Notes: a model not told the origin generated them from the sequence alone. 64,000 nucleotides of DNA from a virus (IMGVR_UViG_3300032246_000393:3329-67328), one strand, 5' to 3'. Counted from the first letter of the stretch, positions 53,271 through 62,731 are shown. Made by a program: numbers and translations.

Positions 53271-53669
53271 TTAAGACGATATATCTTCGTAGCTTATTGA
53301 ATAGGTAATCCCACTAGCTGTACCAGAAGTTACAGAAATACATCTATCTTCTTCCAAGTAAATCGCTGTAGTTTTATCCGTAACGATCAACGAAGCTAGT
53401 GCAGGGACCGATACTGTGCTTACGATTGGGTACGCTGTACCGCCCGATGGTGCAGAGCCTTGAGCAACTGCGCCGTTCGTATAAAGAGACACGGTAGTAT
53501 TTACAGCAGCAGAACCATTTACATTAGCCGCAACGATCTGATTGATCTTTAAGACCTTACCAGAACCAGAAGCGTTAGTTAATAGAACCACCGCAGTAGT
53601 ACCGCTAGGTGTTAGATACGTTGTCTTACCATAGATGGTAGTGACGTTAACAATATTTGGGGCTGCCAT
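53271..53669 (-). CDS. virion fibre-associated protein
   Basis: MAAPNIVNV..I.GKT, KIN.I..ANV.G, IYLEE, SYE.I. Confidence 0.7.
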   Translation of the reverse strand: MAAPNIVNVTTIYGKTTYLTPSGTTAVVLLTNASGSGKVLKINQIVAANVNGSAAVNTTVSLYTNGAVAQGSAPSGGTAYPIVSTVSVPALASLIVTDKTTAIYLEEDRCISVTSGTASGITYSISYEDISS

Positions 53670-53680
53670 GATTGTGCTCC

Positions 53681-54784
53681 TTAGAATCCAAAGATCATCG
53701 CCATAGCGATGGATTTACCTGTTGATATACCACCTGCCGCCCAAGTTGGAGCAGACCCTGCACCGTTTGATGTAAGAACGTAACCACTTGTGCCGGTAGC
53801 CAAGAATGTTGTAGCGCCTGAACCTGTTTGGTAAGGAATGTAATTAGCACCGCCGCCAGCTAAGTTAGTCGCTGTTCCGACAGCTAAACTTGATTGTGCT
53901 GTGTATTGAGGGGCAGAAGCACCCGCCGTTAATACGTAGTTAGTTGTGCCTAGTGTTAAAAAGGTAGATGTTCCAACACCAGATTGGTAATGCAATGCGC
54001 CTGTAGTACCACCAGCAAGATTAGTTGCAGCCCCCGCTGTAGTAGCTGAACCTACCGCTAATGTGCTTTGGGCTACATACTGAGGAGCCGATGCGCCAGC
54101 AGTTAAGACGTAGTTGGTTGTACCAAGACCTAGCGTTGTTGTAGCGTTTGTGCCTGACTGATATACCAGAGAGCCTGCTGCACCGCCTGTGACATTCGTT
54201 GCTGTAGTTGCTGTTCCAACTGTAATGCCAGTAGGGTTAGACCACTGCGGGGCACTGCCCGTAGAAGTCATTAAGTAAGTGCTAGTACCAATCGGTAGTT
54301 TAGTAAGGGCTGTACCTGAAGCGTAGTAAGTTGTGTCGCCTGCTGTAAATGCGGACTGACCTGTACCACCATTAGTGGTAGTCAAAACCCCAGTAACATT
54401 AGACAGATTAACCGTACCAACTGTTGACTTCAACGCACCGGTTGTATCAAACGTACCATCAGTTGTCCACGTATCACCAACTTGCAAAGTCACTTTAGCT
54501 ATGACTCGTAACGTACTAGCGTTGTTGTAGTAAACCGTAATAGTTACAGCGGCGGTGTCGCAATTCTCAATGTTAATCGTCTTAATAATGCGACGAGTAG
54601 ACGCCGCAGGGGCTGCTACTAAAGTAACCGTAGTTACACCGTTTAAAGCACCATCAGAGGAACCTTCGGTAAATGTTGCGCCGGTATTGTCGGAGTACGA
54701 AGTAACAAAGCCCGGATTAGTTGTGGTAGGTGTACCACTCATTACCGCTTGAATGGACTTCGATGTTGAGTCTAGGATAAGCAT
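53681..54784 (-). CDS. tail fibre protein with internal repeats
   Basis: ~3 repeats ATN.AGG....L.YQ.G...TT.L..GT..YVLT; ends GKSIAMAMIFG. Confidence 0.75.
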   Translation of the reverse strand: MLILDSTSKSIQAVMSGTPTTTNPGFVTSYSDNTGATFTEGSSDGALNGVTTVTLVAAPAASTRRIIKTINIENCDTAAVTITVYYNNASTLRVIAKVTLQVGDTWTTDGTFDTTGALKSTVGTVNLSNVTGVLTTTNGGTGQSAFTAGDTTYYASGTALTKLPIGTSTYLMTSTGSAPQWSNPTGITVGTATTATNVTGGAAGSLVYQSGTNATTTLGLGTTNYVLTAGASAPQYVAQSTLAVGSATTAGAATNLAGGTTGALHYQSGVGTSTFLTLGTTNYVLTAGASAPQYTAQSSLAVGTATNLAGGGANYIPYQTGSGATTFLATGTSGYVLTSNGAGSAPTWAAGGISTGKSIAMAMIFGF

Positions 54785-54793
54785 GTTTGCCCC

Positions 54794-55141
54794 TTAACTG
54801 TAAAACCAAGCATAGGACTCTGCTTGCGGATTTGTTACTGCTTTTCCAGCAGGGTACGTGATGAATACGTCCTGAGTACCAGTACTAAAATTAACTGTGC
54901 TTCCAGAGTTACTAGAAGATAAAACGGATGTTCTTGTCAGGGTATTTACCCCTGAGTATGTGCCGATACCAACTTCCCAAGTAGCCCCACCCTGAGTAGC
55001 TATGGTGTAGAAGCACGTATCGCCAATGGTTAACACCGCGCTAAATGCTTGGAATCCTGTAGCTGCGCCCAACAACGTAACCGCTCCGGTTCCGGGGGCT
55101 GACGCTGTTTCTTTTACGCGATCTGCTTGAACTAACGCCAT
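54794..55141 (-). CDS. virion protein
   Basis: DRVKET....GTG, WEVGIGTY, DVFITYPA. Confidence 0.75.
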   Translation of the reverse strand: MALVQADRVKETASAPGTGAVTLLGAATGFQAFSAVLTIGDTCFYTIATQGGATWEVGIGTYSGVNTLTRTSVLSSSNSGSTVNFSTGTQDVFITYPAGKAVTNPQAESYAWFYS

Positions 55142-55151
55142 AGTGGCACCT

Positions 55152-56135
55152 TTAAATCGTATTAATCAACACCCAATCGCCTTGCTCGGAAGTATTAATA
55201 GGCGTCCAATCTACATTGTACAAGTCACCTACCGAACCCCTAGCCGCTGCTCCTGCCAATGCTACAGAAATTACTTTGTTAACACTAGCCACTGCCGCCG
55301 CCGCTTGATTACCAGTAAGTGCAACTGCAAATCCCGGAGTTATATTACCAACTCTGCCTGTAGCCGCAACTCCTGTAGCATTTTTAACTTCACCAGATGT
55401 TGGGGCTACTGTTCCAGCACTACCTGCCGCAGCTACGCCTGTTAACGCGTTGTTATTAGTCGAGGATGGTTGAACCATTCCCAAACTTCCATACGCTACA
55501 ACACCAACGCCTTCGTTATATGCTTCTAGTATTCCAGCACTACCTCTAGCAAGAACATTAGTAAGCAGCGAACTTATACCGGGGTACACCGTGCCTCTAA
55601 ACCCCGCAGCTTCTACGCCTGTTAGTGTTTGGAAGTAATCGTTAGAGCCTGTAACAGCGCCAACATTTCCTACCGCACTAACCCCAGTAATACCCAACGT
55701 AGTTGATGTAGATACAGTACCCGCGTTACCAGAAGCACTTACCCCACTAAGTTGCGTAATACTTCCAGCTAACGTCGTAACGGTGCCAACCGTACCTGTT
55801 GCAAGAACTCCTGTACCGGGAAGATTCGGGCCGCTTGTACCTTCAATCGTACCGGTAAACCCATACAACTCCGTATGGAACAAAGTTGCAGAGTTTTCAG
55901 TAAATGTCGTTACCGTACCCGCACTTCCAGAAGCCGAAACGCCTGTAAGCGATATACCAAGAACAGCTATAACGTCAGCAACCGTACCAGTAGCATTTAC
56001 TCCAGATAACGCCGCTACAAAGTTTGGCGTTTCATTACCTACAAGACCACTGGCAGAAACCCCTGTCAGTTCAATTACAACGCCGCCGCTTAACGCGCTA
56101 TACGGAGCGGCTGAATAGGGGTTAAAGCCGTACAT
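55152..56135 (-). CDS. virion protein with LTGV.A.G.VG repeats
   Basis: Many ~20-aa repeats. Confidence 0.75.
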   Translation of the reverse strand: MYGFNPYSAAPYSALSGGVVIELTGVSASGLVGNETPNFVAALSGVNATGTVADVIAVLGISLTGVSASGSAGTVTTFTENSATLFHTELYGFTGTIEGTSGPNLPGTGVLATGTVGTVTTLAGSITQLSGVSASGNAGTVSTSTTLGITGVSAVGNVGAVTGSNDYFQTLTGVEAAGFRGTVYPGISSLLTNVLARGSAGILEAYNEGVGVVAYGSLGMVQPSSTNNNALTGVAAAGSAGTVAPTSGEVKNATGVAATGRVGNITPGFAVALTGNQAAAAVASVNKVISVALAGAAARGSVGDLYNVDWTPINTSEQGDWVLINTI

Positions 56136-56141
56136 GGTTTA

Positions 56142-56627
56142 TTAGGTAGTAGCTAAACGCAACAGAGCGGTCGAAGTCGTGTTAGAAGGCATCGTCAAAG
56201 TAAATGTACCGGATGTAACCGTCTGGGCAGTAAACGTATGGGCGCTCACTGCTTTATTACTTTGAGTGCTGTTATAAACCAACACGCAATCAAACGACGA
56301 GAACGTCACAGGGCTACCAGATGAACCATACACAATACTTGCTGATGGAGTCCAATAAGCAGTACCTGCCGTAGCCGACGAGTTTGACGACGCTGGAGGC
56401 GTTGCGTTCGTAACCGTTACACCACCAGCCGAATAGTTCGCGCTAGATACTTCGCCCGAAGCCGTATAAGCCGTGGTCGCTGCATTGATGGTAGCCGAGG
56501 TTAAATATAATGCCGCTTTAAACGTATCGGCAGCTGAAGTGCCACGAGTAGGAGCGGTGCCGAAGTTGTGCGTAGCCGTCATGAGTTCAGACATGAACGA
56601 TGTGCACATTGATTGGGTATTTGCCAT
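56142..56627 (-). CDS. virion protein (paralog of 56841-57263)
   Basis: SF..EL, ALY, TTAYT, EV...Y.AGG. Confidence 0.75.
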   Translation of the reverse strand: MANTQSMCTSFMSELMTATHNFGTAPTRGTSAADTFKAALYLTSATINAATTAYTASGEVSSANYSAGGVTVTNATPPASSNSSATAGTAYWTPSASIVYGSSGSPVTFSSFDCVLVYNSTQSNKAVSAHTFTAQTVTSGTFTLTMPSNTTSTALLRLATT

Positions 56628-56640
56628 TTTAGTCCTCTAC

Positions 56641-56832
56641 TTAAAAAGATGCGGCAACAGGCAGGCCGCTTACATCGTACTTCTTCAACACCATGTCAAC
56701 AGAACGGTGAACAAGTTCGCCGTCCAACCAATATTCCACCCAACGGGTAGTTTCATTTTCTGTGTCAACTACACCTTCTTTTTTCTCTAGAAGGGAGTCA
56801 TCCATTTCGCCTTTTGTTGTTTGAACCAACAT
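56641..56832 (-). CDS. small conserved protein
   Basis: TTKGEMD..LLEK, WVEYW..GELVHRS; RBS GGAG. Confidence 0.7.
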   Translation of the reverse strand: MLVQTTKGEMDDSLLEKKEGVVDTENETTRWVEYWLDGELVHRSVDMVLKKYDVSGLPVAASF

Positions 56833-56840
56833 GTAATCTC

Positions 56841-57263
56841 CTATGGGAACCGAATTAGTGCGGTTGTTGCCGTATTTACCGGCATAGTTACAGTGAATGT
56901 TTGATTGGTACATGTTTTATCAGCACCAAAATCTAACACCGCAACAGATTTATTGCTTCGCGTTACGTTATATATTAACGCTCCACGTGTGGTAAAAGAC
57001 GCGCTTGTCCACACAACATTATTAAAATCTACATACACCGTACCATCAGTACTAGTACTAATAGTTACATCCGTTAATTGTTTTCCCCCGGCAGTATATC
57101 CTGTGCCGGTTACTTCATTGTTCGTTGTGTAAGCTGTAGTATCTGGCCCTAACGTAGCTGAACCGGTATACAACGCTATGTACAGCGTATCTGTTGCCAA
57201 GTTCTGCCCAGCTTGAAGCATCTCTTGCTTGAAGCTTGTCGTTATGCCTTGTTGTATAGCCAT
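56841..57263 (-). CDS. virion protein
   Basis: SFK.E.L, IALYT, EV.G.GYTAGG, GALIYN, VLDFG. Confidence 0.75.
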   Translation of the reverse strand: MAIQQGITTSFKQEMLQAGQNLATDTLYIALYTGSATLGPDTTAYTTNNEVTGTGYTAGGKQLTDVTISTSTDGTVYVDFNNVVWTSASFTTRGALIYNVTRSNKSVAVLDFGADKTCTNQTFTVTMPVNTATTALIRFP

Positions 57264-58186
57264 TACTGAGTAACCTTAATTCTTGCCTGACCGTCGCGGT
57301 ATGCGTCACCACGTTCGAGGCCTGTACCCAGACGATTAAGCTGACCAAGAGCCTCTTTAAACTTAGTCTCGTAATACGCCATCATATCTTGTTCGCCCTT
57401 CATAAAGATGTAGGCTTCGACTAACGAACCATACAAAAGCACTGGAGAATAATTATCGCCTAGCCATGAAGAACCGTCTGCATTAATTAGTGTTTGGACA
57501 GGGACGGAAAAGCCCGAACCCGCACCAAGAATTGTTGTGCTAGCAGTCAACGAATCACCGACGGTATAGAACGAACCACCGCTACGCAAAGTCACTGCTG
57601 TAATAGAACCGCCTGACACAATAATGTCTGCGGTTGCGCCTGTACCTGTACCGCCTGTTAACGGCACTCGATAGTAACTGCCGTTTGTGTATCCTGAGCC
57701 ACCAGCAATAGTCCCCAAAAGTCGAATGATGCCTTGAACAATAGATACTGGATAATAGTAGTAATGCAGTTCAATGCTGTATCTGCTATCCGGTGTAGGG
57801 GCCAACATAAAACTCAACTCGTTAGTGGCTCCTCGGTTCAACACTTCTGGACCAAACAAAGAGTAGTACTTAGGAATGCCCGTGTCTGTTGGGCTAGGAT
57901 ACGCAGCCCTTAAGAAGTTAACATCCTTGTTAAGCAGATACTCATAGGTGCCAGTTGAATCAATGACCGCCATTGAAAATACCGACAAGAAGTCGGTAGG
58001 GCAACTAAGGTAAGGGCTGTTAGGTTGAGACGTGCCAGTGACGTTTCTACGCAAGGGAGGTATTTGAACGGTGTTGTACACACGTTCTTCTGCCTGAGTA
58101 ACAAAGACAGGGATATTAGCTACGAAATCAGTCTCGTAGTTCTGGGTGTAATCCTGAATCGTCTGCCAAAGTTCTGCGTAGTTCAT
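57263..58186 (-). CDS. head-tail adaptor/neck protein with GGSGYT-type insertion
   Basis: MNY.EL...IQDY, AE.R, APTPD, LLYGSL.EAY.FMK. Confidence 0.7.
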   Translation of the reverse strand: MNYAELWQTIQDYTQNYETDFVANIPVFVTQAEERVYNTVQIPPLRRNVTGTSQPNSPYLSCPTDFLSVFSMAVIDSTGTYEYLLNKDVNFLRAAYPSPTDTGIPKYYSLFGPEVLNRGATNELSFMLAPTPDSRYSIELHYYYYPVSIVQGIIRLLGTIAGGSGYTNGSYYRVPLTGGTGTGATADIIVSGGSITAVTLRSGGSFYTVGDSLTASTTILGAGSGFSVPVQTLINADGSSWLGDNYSPVLLYGSLVEAYIFMKGEQDMMAYYETKFKEALGQLNRLGTGLERGDAYRDGQARIKVTQ

Positions 58187-58215
58187 TGTAAACTTATCCC
58201 TAACCCACTATTAAC

Positions 58216-58473
58216 TTAACCCATCGGGCCACGAGCCATTACACCTTTAGTAGCTGCGCCGGTACCACGAATTTTGATGCCATCAGTCTTCTCAGGTTTG
58301 TAGTTACCTTTGCTGATACCGCCAACTGAAGGGTTTGATTCATTCATATCCGCAGCGCCAGTCTTAGTAGGCACTTTAGCTTCCACGTTTTTACCACTCA
58401 TGTTGTGGGGTTTAGCGTATACGTCAGCTTGGCCTATTTCTTTGCCCTTAACTTTTTCTGAAAATTTAGCCAT
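58216..58473 (-). CDS. small basic protein
   Basis: K-rich; RGTGAATKG..ARGPM. Confidence 0.65.
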   Translation of the reverse strand: MAKFSEKVKGKEIGQADVYAKPHNMSGKNVEAKVPTKTGAADMNESNPSVGGISKGNYKPEKTDGIKIRGTGAATKGVMARGPMG

Positions 58474-58483
58474 GTTGTACCCC

Positions 58484-58669
58484 TTAGCCTGACTTCTGGT
58501 TAGCAGCACGAGCCAAATTACGACCCATAGACTTCATTGACTCAGTAGTTACGCCGCCCTTTTTAAGCGACAATTTTGTACCTTTGCCGCCTTTGTGTTC
58601 TTGCATGTCGTGTTGCTTCATAGCTTTCTTAATCATAGCTACGTCTTGCTTCTTATCTTCTTTGTCCAT
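58484..58669 (-). CDS. small basic protein
   Basis: K/M-rich; LKKGG, MGRNLARA. Confidence 0.65.
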   Translation of the reverse strand: MDKEDKKQDVAMIKKAMKQHDMQEHKGGKGTKLSLKKGGVTTESMKSMGRNLARAANQKSG

Positions 58670-58678
58670 GTCTTACTC

Positions 58679-59107
58679 CTAAGTAATCGTGATAGTCACG
58701 TTTTCTACTACACCCGCAGATGTTAGATAGTTAGGTGTTAACCCATCATCGTTTGCACTTGCGCCACCAACCGGTGCCCAACCCCACTGAATAACTCGAC
58801 TACCTTCACCCGGATAGCCCTGTGCGTCTAAAGTAGGGGCGTTACCGTTTACTATTTGCAACCCAGTCAAGCCAGATTGCGTATAGCTACGATCTGGGCG
58901 AGGGTTTCTTATACCCTGTGGATCGTCTACCGGATACATACCTAACTGCAACTGCGGTTGATCTGGGTCCCAACATGTTGGGCATACTAACAATTCGTAG
59001 TTCTTTGTTTTAACAACTTCGCGTTTAAGTATCTTTAACTTATACCGCATCCCGCAGCGATCACATTCGGCAATCGCATTTTTACCGGATGCAAACCGGT
59101 TAGACAT
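58679..59107 (-). CDS. Zn-finger neck/head-closure protein
   Basis: ASGK.A...CDRCG, VC..CWD...PQL, DPQ....PRPD. Confidence 0.7.
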   Translation of the reverse strand: MSNRFASGKNAIAECDRCGMRYKLKILKREVVKTKNYELLVCPTCWDPDQPQLQLGMYPVDDPQGIRNPRPDRSYTQSGLTGLQIVNGNAPTLDAQGYPGEGSRVIQWGWAPVGGASANDDGLTPNYLTSAGVVENVTITIT

Positions 59108-60039
59108 TACACAGTACTCCCAATGAACTGCTGTCTCGGCACAAAACGTATTGCGGCTTTTTCACGATCCTCGTCTGCCGCCAACTGCCATGCTTCATCA
59201 TACTGTTGTTTCAATATCGCAAGCCTATCCATACCTTCAGGAACCTTACCCGCTATGTAATACGATAACCCAGCGGCCATACAAGGAATAAAACGAAATG
59301 GTACGTCCATTACGTTAACGCCGCCACCAGCATCTTGCGTTCTACGCAAACGCCAGTACACAAACTGATATGGTTGCGATCCATCTGGAGTAGGCCAGAC
59401 ACTCACGCATGGGAGCTGTGCCCAATAAGCTGTATCACCGGCTGCGTGCGAAGCTGCGGTAGTGTTTTGTTGCCCACGGAAGCAGTTATTTAATGTGCTA
59501 CCGGTAATGTATCCGTAGTTGATTAGCTCGTTACCAATCTTAATAAACCCCGCAGCGGGAAAATTAGTAACATTGCTAAGCGTAATCGTCGTAGATGTAG
59601 CAGTAATTGCACTAACTAACGTAGCTCCAACAGGTGAAGTCATACCGTTTAGTCGTTGAATCCATACTTGAATTGGACGCGCTTGCTGCAGTTTATTAGG
59701 TAATGTAGCGTACGTAGATACGCTTATTCGGGTGATCGTAAGGTCTGCTTGGGTCGCTTGTTGGTTGGCGTTAGTACGAATAACATGCTCAAGCAAATCA
59801 ATAGTATCGTCAGGAAGTGCATAAGTATTTTGCCCTTGTACAAGACTAATCAAACCCTGTTCAATCGTCCACATGTTGATACCACGGTTTGCCCATTCAG
59901 CAAACATGATATTCAAACTACGTCTTGCGGTCTTTAAGTCATAGCCCGTACGTAACTGACTACCGGCGCGTTCAAACGCCTCCTCAACTAACTCGGAGAG
60001 GTCTAAATTAAAACTAGTAAGACCAGAAGTATTTGCCAT
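59107..60039 (-). CDS. head-tail adaptor (tubular protein A-like)
   Basis: EEAFER, ARRSLN....WANRG.N.W, WPTPD, PFRF.PC..AGL. Confidence 0.75.
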   Translation of the reverse strand: MANTSGLTSFNLDLSELVEEAFERAGSQLRTGYDLKTARRSLNIMFAEWANRGINMWTIEQGLISLVQGQNTYALPDDTIDLLEHVIRTNANQQATQADLTITRISVSTYATLPNKLQQARPIQVWIQRLNGMTSPVGATLVSAITATSTTITLSNVTNFPAAGFIKIGNELINYGYITGSTLNNCFRGQQNTTAASHAAGDTAYWAQLPCVSVWPTPDGSQPYQFVYWRLRRTQDAGGGVNVMDVPFRFIPCMAAGLSYYIAGKVPEGMDRLAILKQQYDEAWQLAADEDREKAAIRFVPRQQFIGSTV

Positions 60040-60041
60040 GA

Positions 60042-60215
60042 TTACTTCATTTTCTTAAGAGTTTCCGCCAAACGTGCGCGTTGTCCTATTTTGCCGGGCT
60101 TTTTTGCAGCCGCTGCAAGTTTCTTTGCTGGTATTGGCTTGCCTTCTTTTGCGCCAAGCTGAGCACGAAGAGCACCGGGTTTTTTGATAGCCTTTTGTAT
60201 CCATTTTTCAGCCAT
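60042..60215 (-). CDS. 57-aa K/A-rich basic protein (below cutoff)
   Basis: MAEKWIQKAIKKPGALRAQLG...ARLAETLKKMK; TAATG coupling. Confidence 0.75.
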   Translation of the reverse strand: MAEKWIQKAIKKPGALRAQLGAKEGKPIPAKKLAAAAKKPGKIGQRARLAETLKKMK

Positions 60216-60463
60216 TATTTCCTCGCCATCCTCATGTTATCGACCAAATTTGGGTATGGTCTGCCAGCAGCCTTTGCCGCAGCTTTTGCCTTTGCTTTCT
60301 TGGCAGGGCTTAACGGCGTAGACTTCTTCTTGGGGTTGGGTTTATCCCACACCTCACCACCCTTTGCATACTGAGTAAAGTCAGTATTATCCCTACGCGG
60401 TTTACGCTTAGGGCCGGGCATTTTAGATGGGTTGATGTCACCCATACCCCGAGAAGCTCTCAT
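60215..60463 (-). CDS. small basic protein
   Basis: MRASRGMG.I.PSK, YAKGG, AGRPYPNLVDNM. Confidence 0.7.
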   Translation of the reverse strand: MRASRGMGDINPSKMPGPKRKPRRDNTDFTQYAKGGEVWDKPNPKKKSTPLSPAKKAKAKAAAKAAGRPYPNLVDNMRMARK

Positions 60464-60464
60464 C

Positions 60465-60869
60465 TCAGCACGCGCCGCCGCGTTTGTAATTCTTAGCACC
60501 GGCCATCTTCACATTTGTGCCTTTGGTTTTGCCTTTAACAGCAACACCATCACGGCTAGGGGCTGCAGTCTTAACAGCACCCATCTTAGAAGGGGTTGGG
60601 TATTTTTGTTTCGTTGCCATGGTACTCTCCTTAAGTTGGTTTACTACTCCACCTTTTGCAAAAAGCTCACCTTGGCCTTGACGTGTGGTGGGCTTGTTTA
60701 CTTTCTGTAGATCAGGACGCGATCTATCTGCGCCCTTAATCTTCTTACCTTTGTCCGCTTGCATATACTCTTCCCCAACAGACTGAGGGATACCAACACG
60801 CTTGGCGGCAGCGGGGTCATTAGCAACCATTGCCATCAAGTTATGCTGTTTTTTGGAAACGCTAGGCAC
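60465..60869 (-). CDS. small basic protein
   Basis: GTG start PS.SKKQHNLM..VA...., FAKGG, DG.A.KGKT. Confidence 0.7.
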   Translation of the reverse strand: MPSVSKKQHNLMAMVANDPAAAKRVGIPQSVGEEYMQADKGKKIKGADRSRPDLQKVNKPTTRQGQGELFAKGGVVNQLKESTMATKQKYPTPSKMGAVKTAAPSRDGVAVKGKTKGTNVKMAGAKNYKRGGAC

Positions 60870-61131
60870 GAGTCTTACCTCTAACAGCGCAGCCATCGGC
60901 ACGGGCGGAAGCTGATTTAATCGAGCCGCCTTTAGCTTTCTTTTTTGCAGGTTGCCCCGGTTGGCCCGGCTGTGCTGAACCCATATCGTCATCCTGAGGG
61001 GGTGTCATACCCTCTCTAAAAATATCAGCTTCTTTTTTAGTCGTGCCGCGTGGGGGCGCAACTGTTTCTTTTTTTGCCTCTTCCCGTAGCTCTGCACGAG
61101 TGGGGTTAGGTTTATATTGGGTAGCCATCAC
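60862..61131 (-). CDS. small basic protein
   Basis: KAKGG, RADGCA.RGKTR. Confidence 0.65.
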   Translation of the reverse strand: MMATQYKPNPTRAELREEAKKETVAPPRGTTKKEADIFREGMTPPQDDDMGSAQPGQPGQPAKKKAKGGSIKSASARADGCAVRGKTRA

Positions 61132-61386
61132 TTATCCTTTTTGCGCAATAAGCTGGTCAATCTTTGCTTCCAACTTGTTAAAGCGTTGGTCAATGTGGTC
61201 AGTAATTCTTTCAACTTCTGCATTAGTGACGTTATCACGAGCAATCTCCACGCGGGTATCATTAACAAGTTTTTCAACTGCTTCTAATTTCCGAGATTTT
61301 TCAGCCGCAACAAACCCAATAATAGTAACTAAAATGCTAAGAACTAAATTCCATAGCATCATCATCTCAGTGTTTAACATTTCCAC
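61132..61386 (-). CDS. N-terminal TM plus coiled-coil protein
   Basis: WN.VL..., TR.EIARD.VT, LE.KID.L. Confidence 0.7.
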   Translation of the reverse strand: MEMLNTEMMMLWNLVLSILVTIIGFVAAEKSRKLEAVEKLVNDTRVEIARDNVTNAEVERITDHIDQRFNKLEAKIDQLIAQKG

Positions 61387-61628
61387 GCCCTCAAACTTTT
61401 GTTTATTCTGCTATTTGGATCACTAGCTGTTTTTGACGACGTTAGTTTTTTCTTCATGCCCTCCATACGGGCACAAAATGACTTCTTTCGTGGGCCACCT
61501 TCAGGCTGCGGGGCTTTCAACCCCGGCTTCCCGGGGTTTGCTTTGTTGTAGGAGGCTCGGCCTTTGGCGTTCAAACCGCCCTTCTCGGACTTGCCTTCCT
61601 TACGCTGCCATGCCGGGGTCTTAGCCAT
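61374..61628 (-). CDS. DUF6321-like basic protein
   Basis: AWQRKEGK...GGLNAKGRASY, RKKSFCARM, SRINKSLRAWKC. Confidence 0.7.
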   Translation of the reverse strand: MAKTPAWQRKEGKSEKGGLNAKGRASYNKANPGKPGLKAPQPEGGPRKKSFCARMEGMKKKLTSSKTASDPNSRINKSLRAWKC

Positions 61629-62133
61629 AGAAAACACTCACTGCTGCAAGGTTAAGCATATAAGTATATACGCCGTTTACTGCTAATAAACCTTCACCGG
61701 GCAATACTTGACCGTTGTTATAAGTGTCATTAGCAGCAATATCGAACGTCATTAACCAATTACCCGTTGTATAAACAGCGGCTGGCGACCCTGTAATAGT
61801 TCCAGAGTTAATGTCTGTAATAGTGAAGCTATTAGTGCTTGCAGTAGCAATAGTGTAATTTCCGGGCGTAGCCGAACCACCGGTACCAACATCAAAGTCA
61901 ATACCAATAGTTTGCCCTGCTAGTAAACCATGAGCATTCTTTGAAACAGTAATGGTTGTACCAGAACGCCCATAAGTAACACTGTTAGAAACTGGAGCAG
62001 TTGTTGTATCAAAAAGAACAAAACTACCCGCAGTCGCACTGCCCACAAATGCCACGGCTTTAACCCGTGTGCGTCCAATATACATCTGGCTAGACTGGTT
62101 TGCGTGGGCCTGCTTTACGTCTGTTTGCATCAT
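61621..62133 (-). CDS. virion (head decoration-like) protein
   Basis: MQTDVK, R.RVK, PGEGLL, FYG C-terminus; T/G-rich insert. Confidence 0.65.
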   Translation of the reverse strand: MMQTDVKQAHANQSSQMYIGRTRVKAVAFVGSATAGSFVLFDTTTAPVSNSVTYGRSGTTITVSKNAHGLLAGQTIGIDFDVGTGGSATPGNYTIATASTNSFTITDINSGTITGSPAAVYTTGNWLMTFDIAANDTYNNGQVLPGEGLLAVNGVYTYMLNLAAVSVFYG

Positions 62134-62148
62134 GGTGATGCCTCCTTA

Positions 62149-62604
62149 TTAGACGTTTTGCTGACCGTACAGCGGATCGACGACGAAGTAAGTGATGTAG
62201 CCACCAACAGTGCCAGCACCAGAAGTGTCGATAGTTACAGTTACGTAGCTTAATTCGCTAATAGCTGTGAGTGTCAGACCGCTAGTAATCACGCCAAGCG
62301 AAGATACAGTTAAGTTATTAGCAATAGACGCGCCAGTAGCTGTACCAGAAACTACGCCTAAAGTGCCAAGGTCGATAGAACCTGTACCTGCATCGTTAAT
62401 AACTACGCCGGTAACAACAGCACCTGCTGGGAGAACTAAATAAGTAGTGAGTAGTGTTGAGTCAACAGCTACTTTAGTGGCGGTAGCAACGGATGCATCA
62501 GCGATGTAAAACTCCGCTGCCATCATGCCGGAACCGCAATACGACGTACGAGTTTGATCGCCGCCGCCAGAACGCCAAATACTTTGGGTGGTAGAAACTG
62601 CCAT
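62149..62604 (-). CDS. putative capsid cement/decoration protein
   Basis: Beta-rich, LPAGA.V motif, first gene after the 62697 promoter. Confidence 0.6.
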   Translation of the reverse strand: MAVSTTQSIWRSGGGDQTRTSYCGSGMMAAEFYIADASVATATKVAVDSTLLTTYLVLPAGAVVTGVVINDAGTGSIDLGTLGVVSGTATGASIANNLTVSSLGVITSGLTLTAISELSYVTVTIDTSGAGTVGGYITYFVVDPLYGQQNV

Positions 62605-62696
62605 GATAAATTGTCCTCACATGCGAGTTAAGTGCGACGATATGCATGTAACAGGCCGGGGCCATTCGTTCGCACCGGGTTTCCCGGAATAGTGGT

Positions 62697-62724
62697 GTTA
62701 TAACACAGCCGTAAAAAAGCGCAA
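62697..62724 (-). promoter_or_regulatory. putative late promoter
   Basis: On - strand TTGCGC-N16-TATAAC, spacer ends CTGTGT. Confidence 0.5.
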
Positions 62725-62731
62725 GTAGAAT

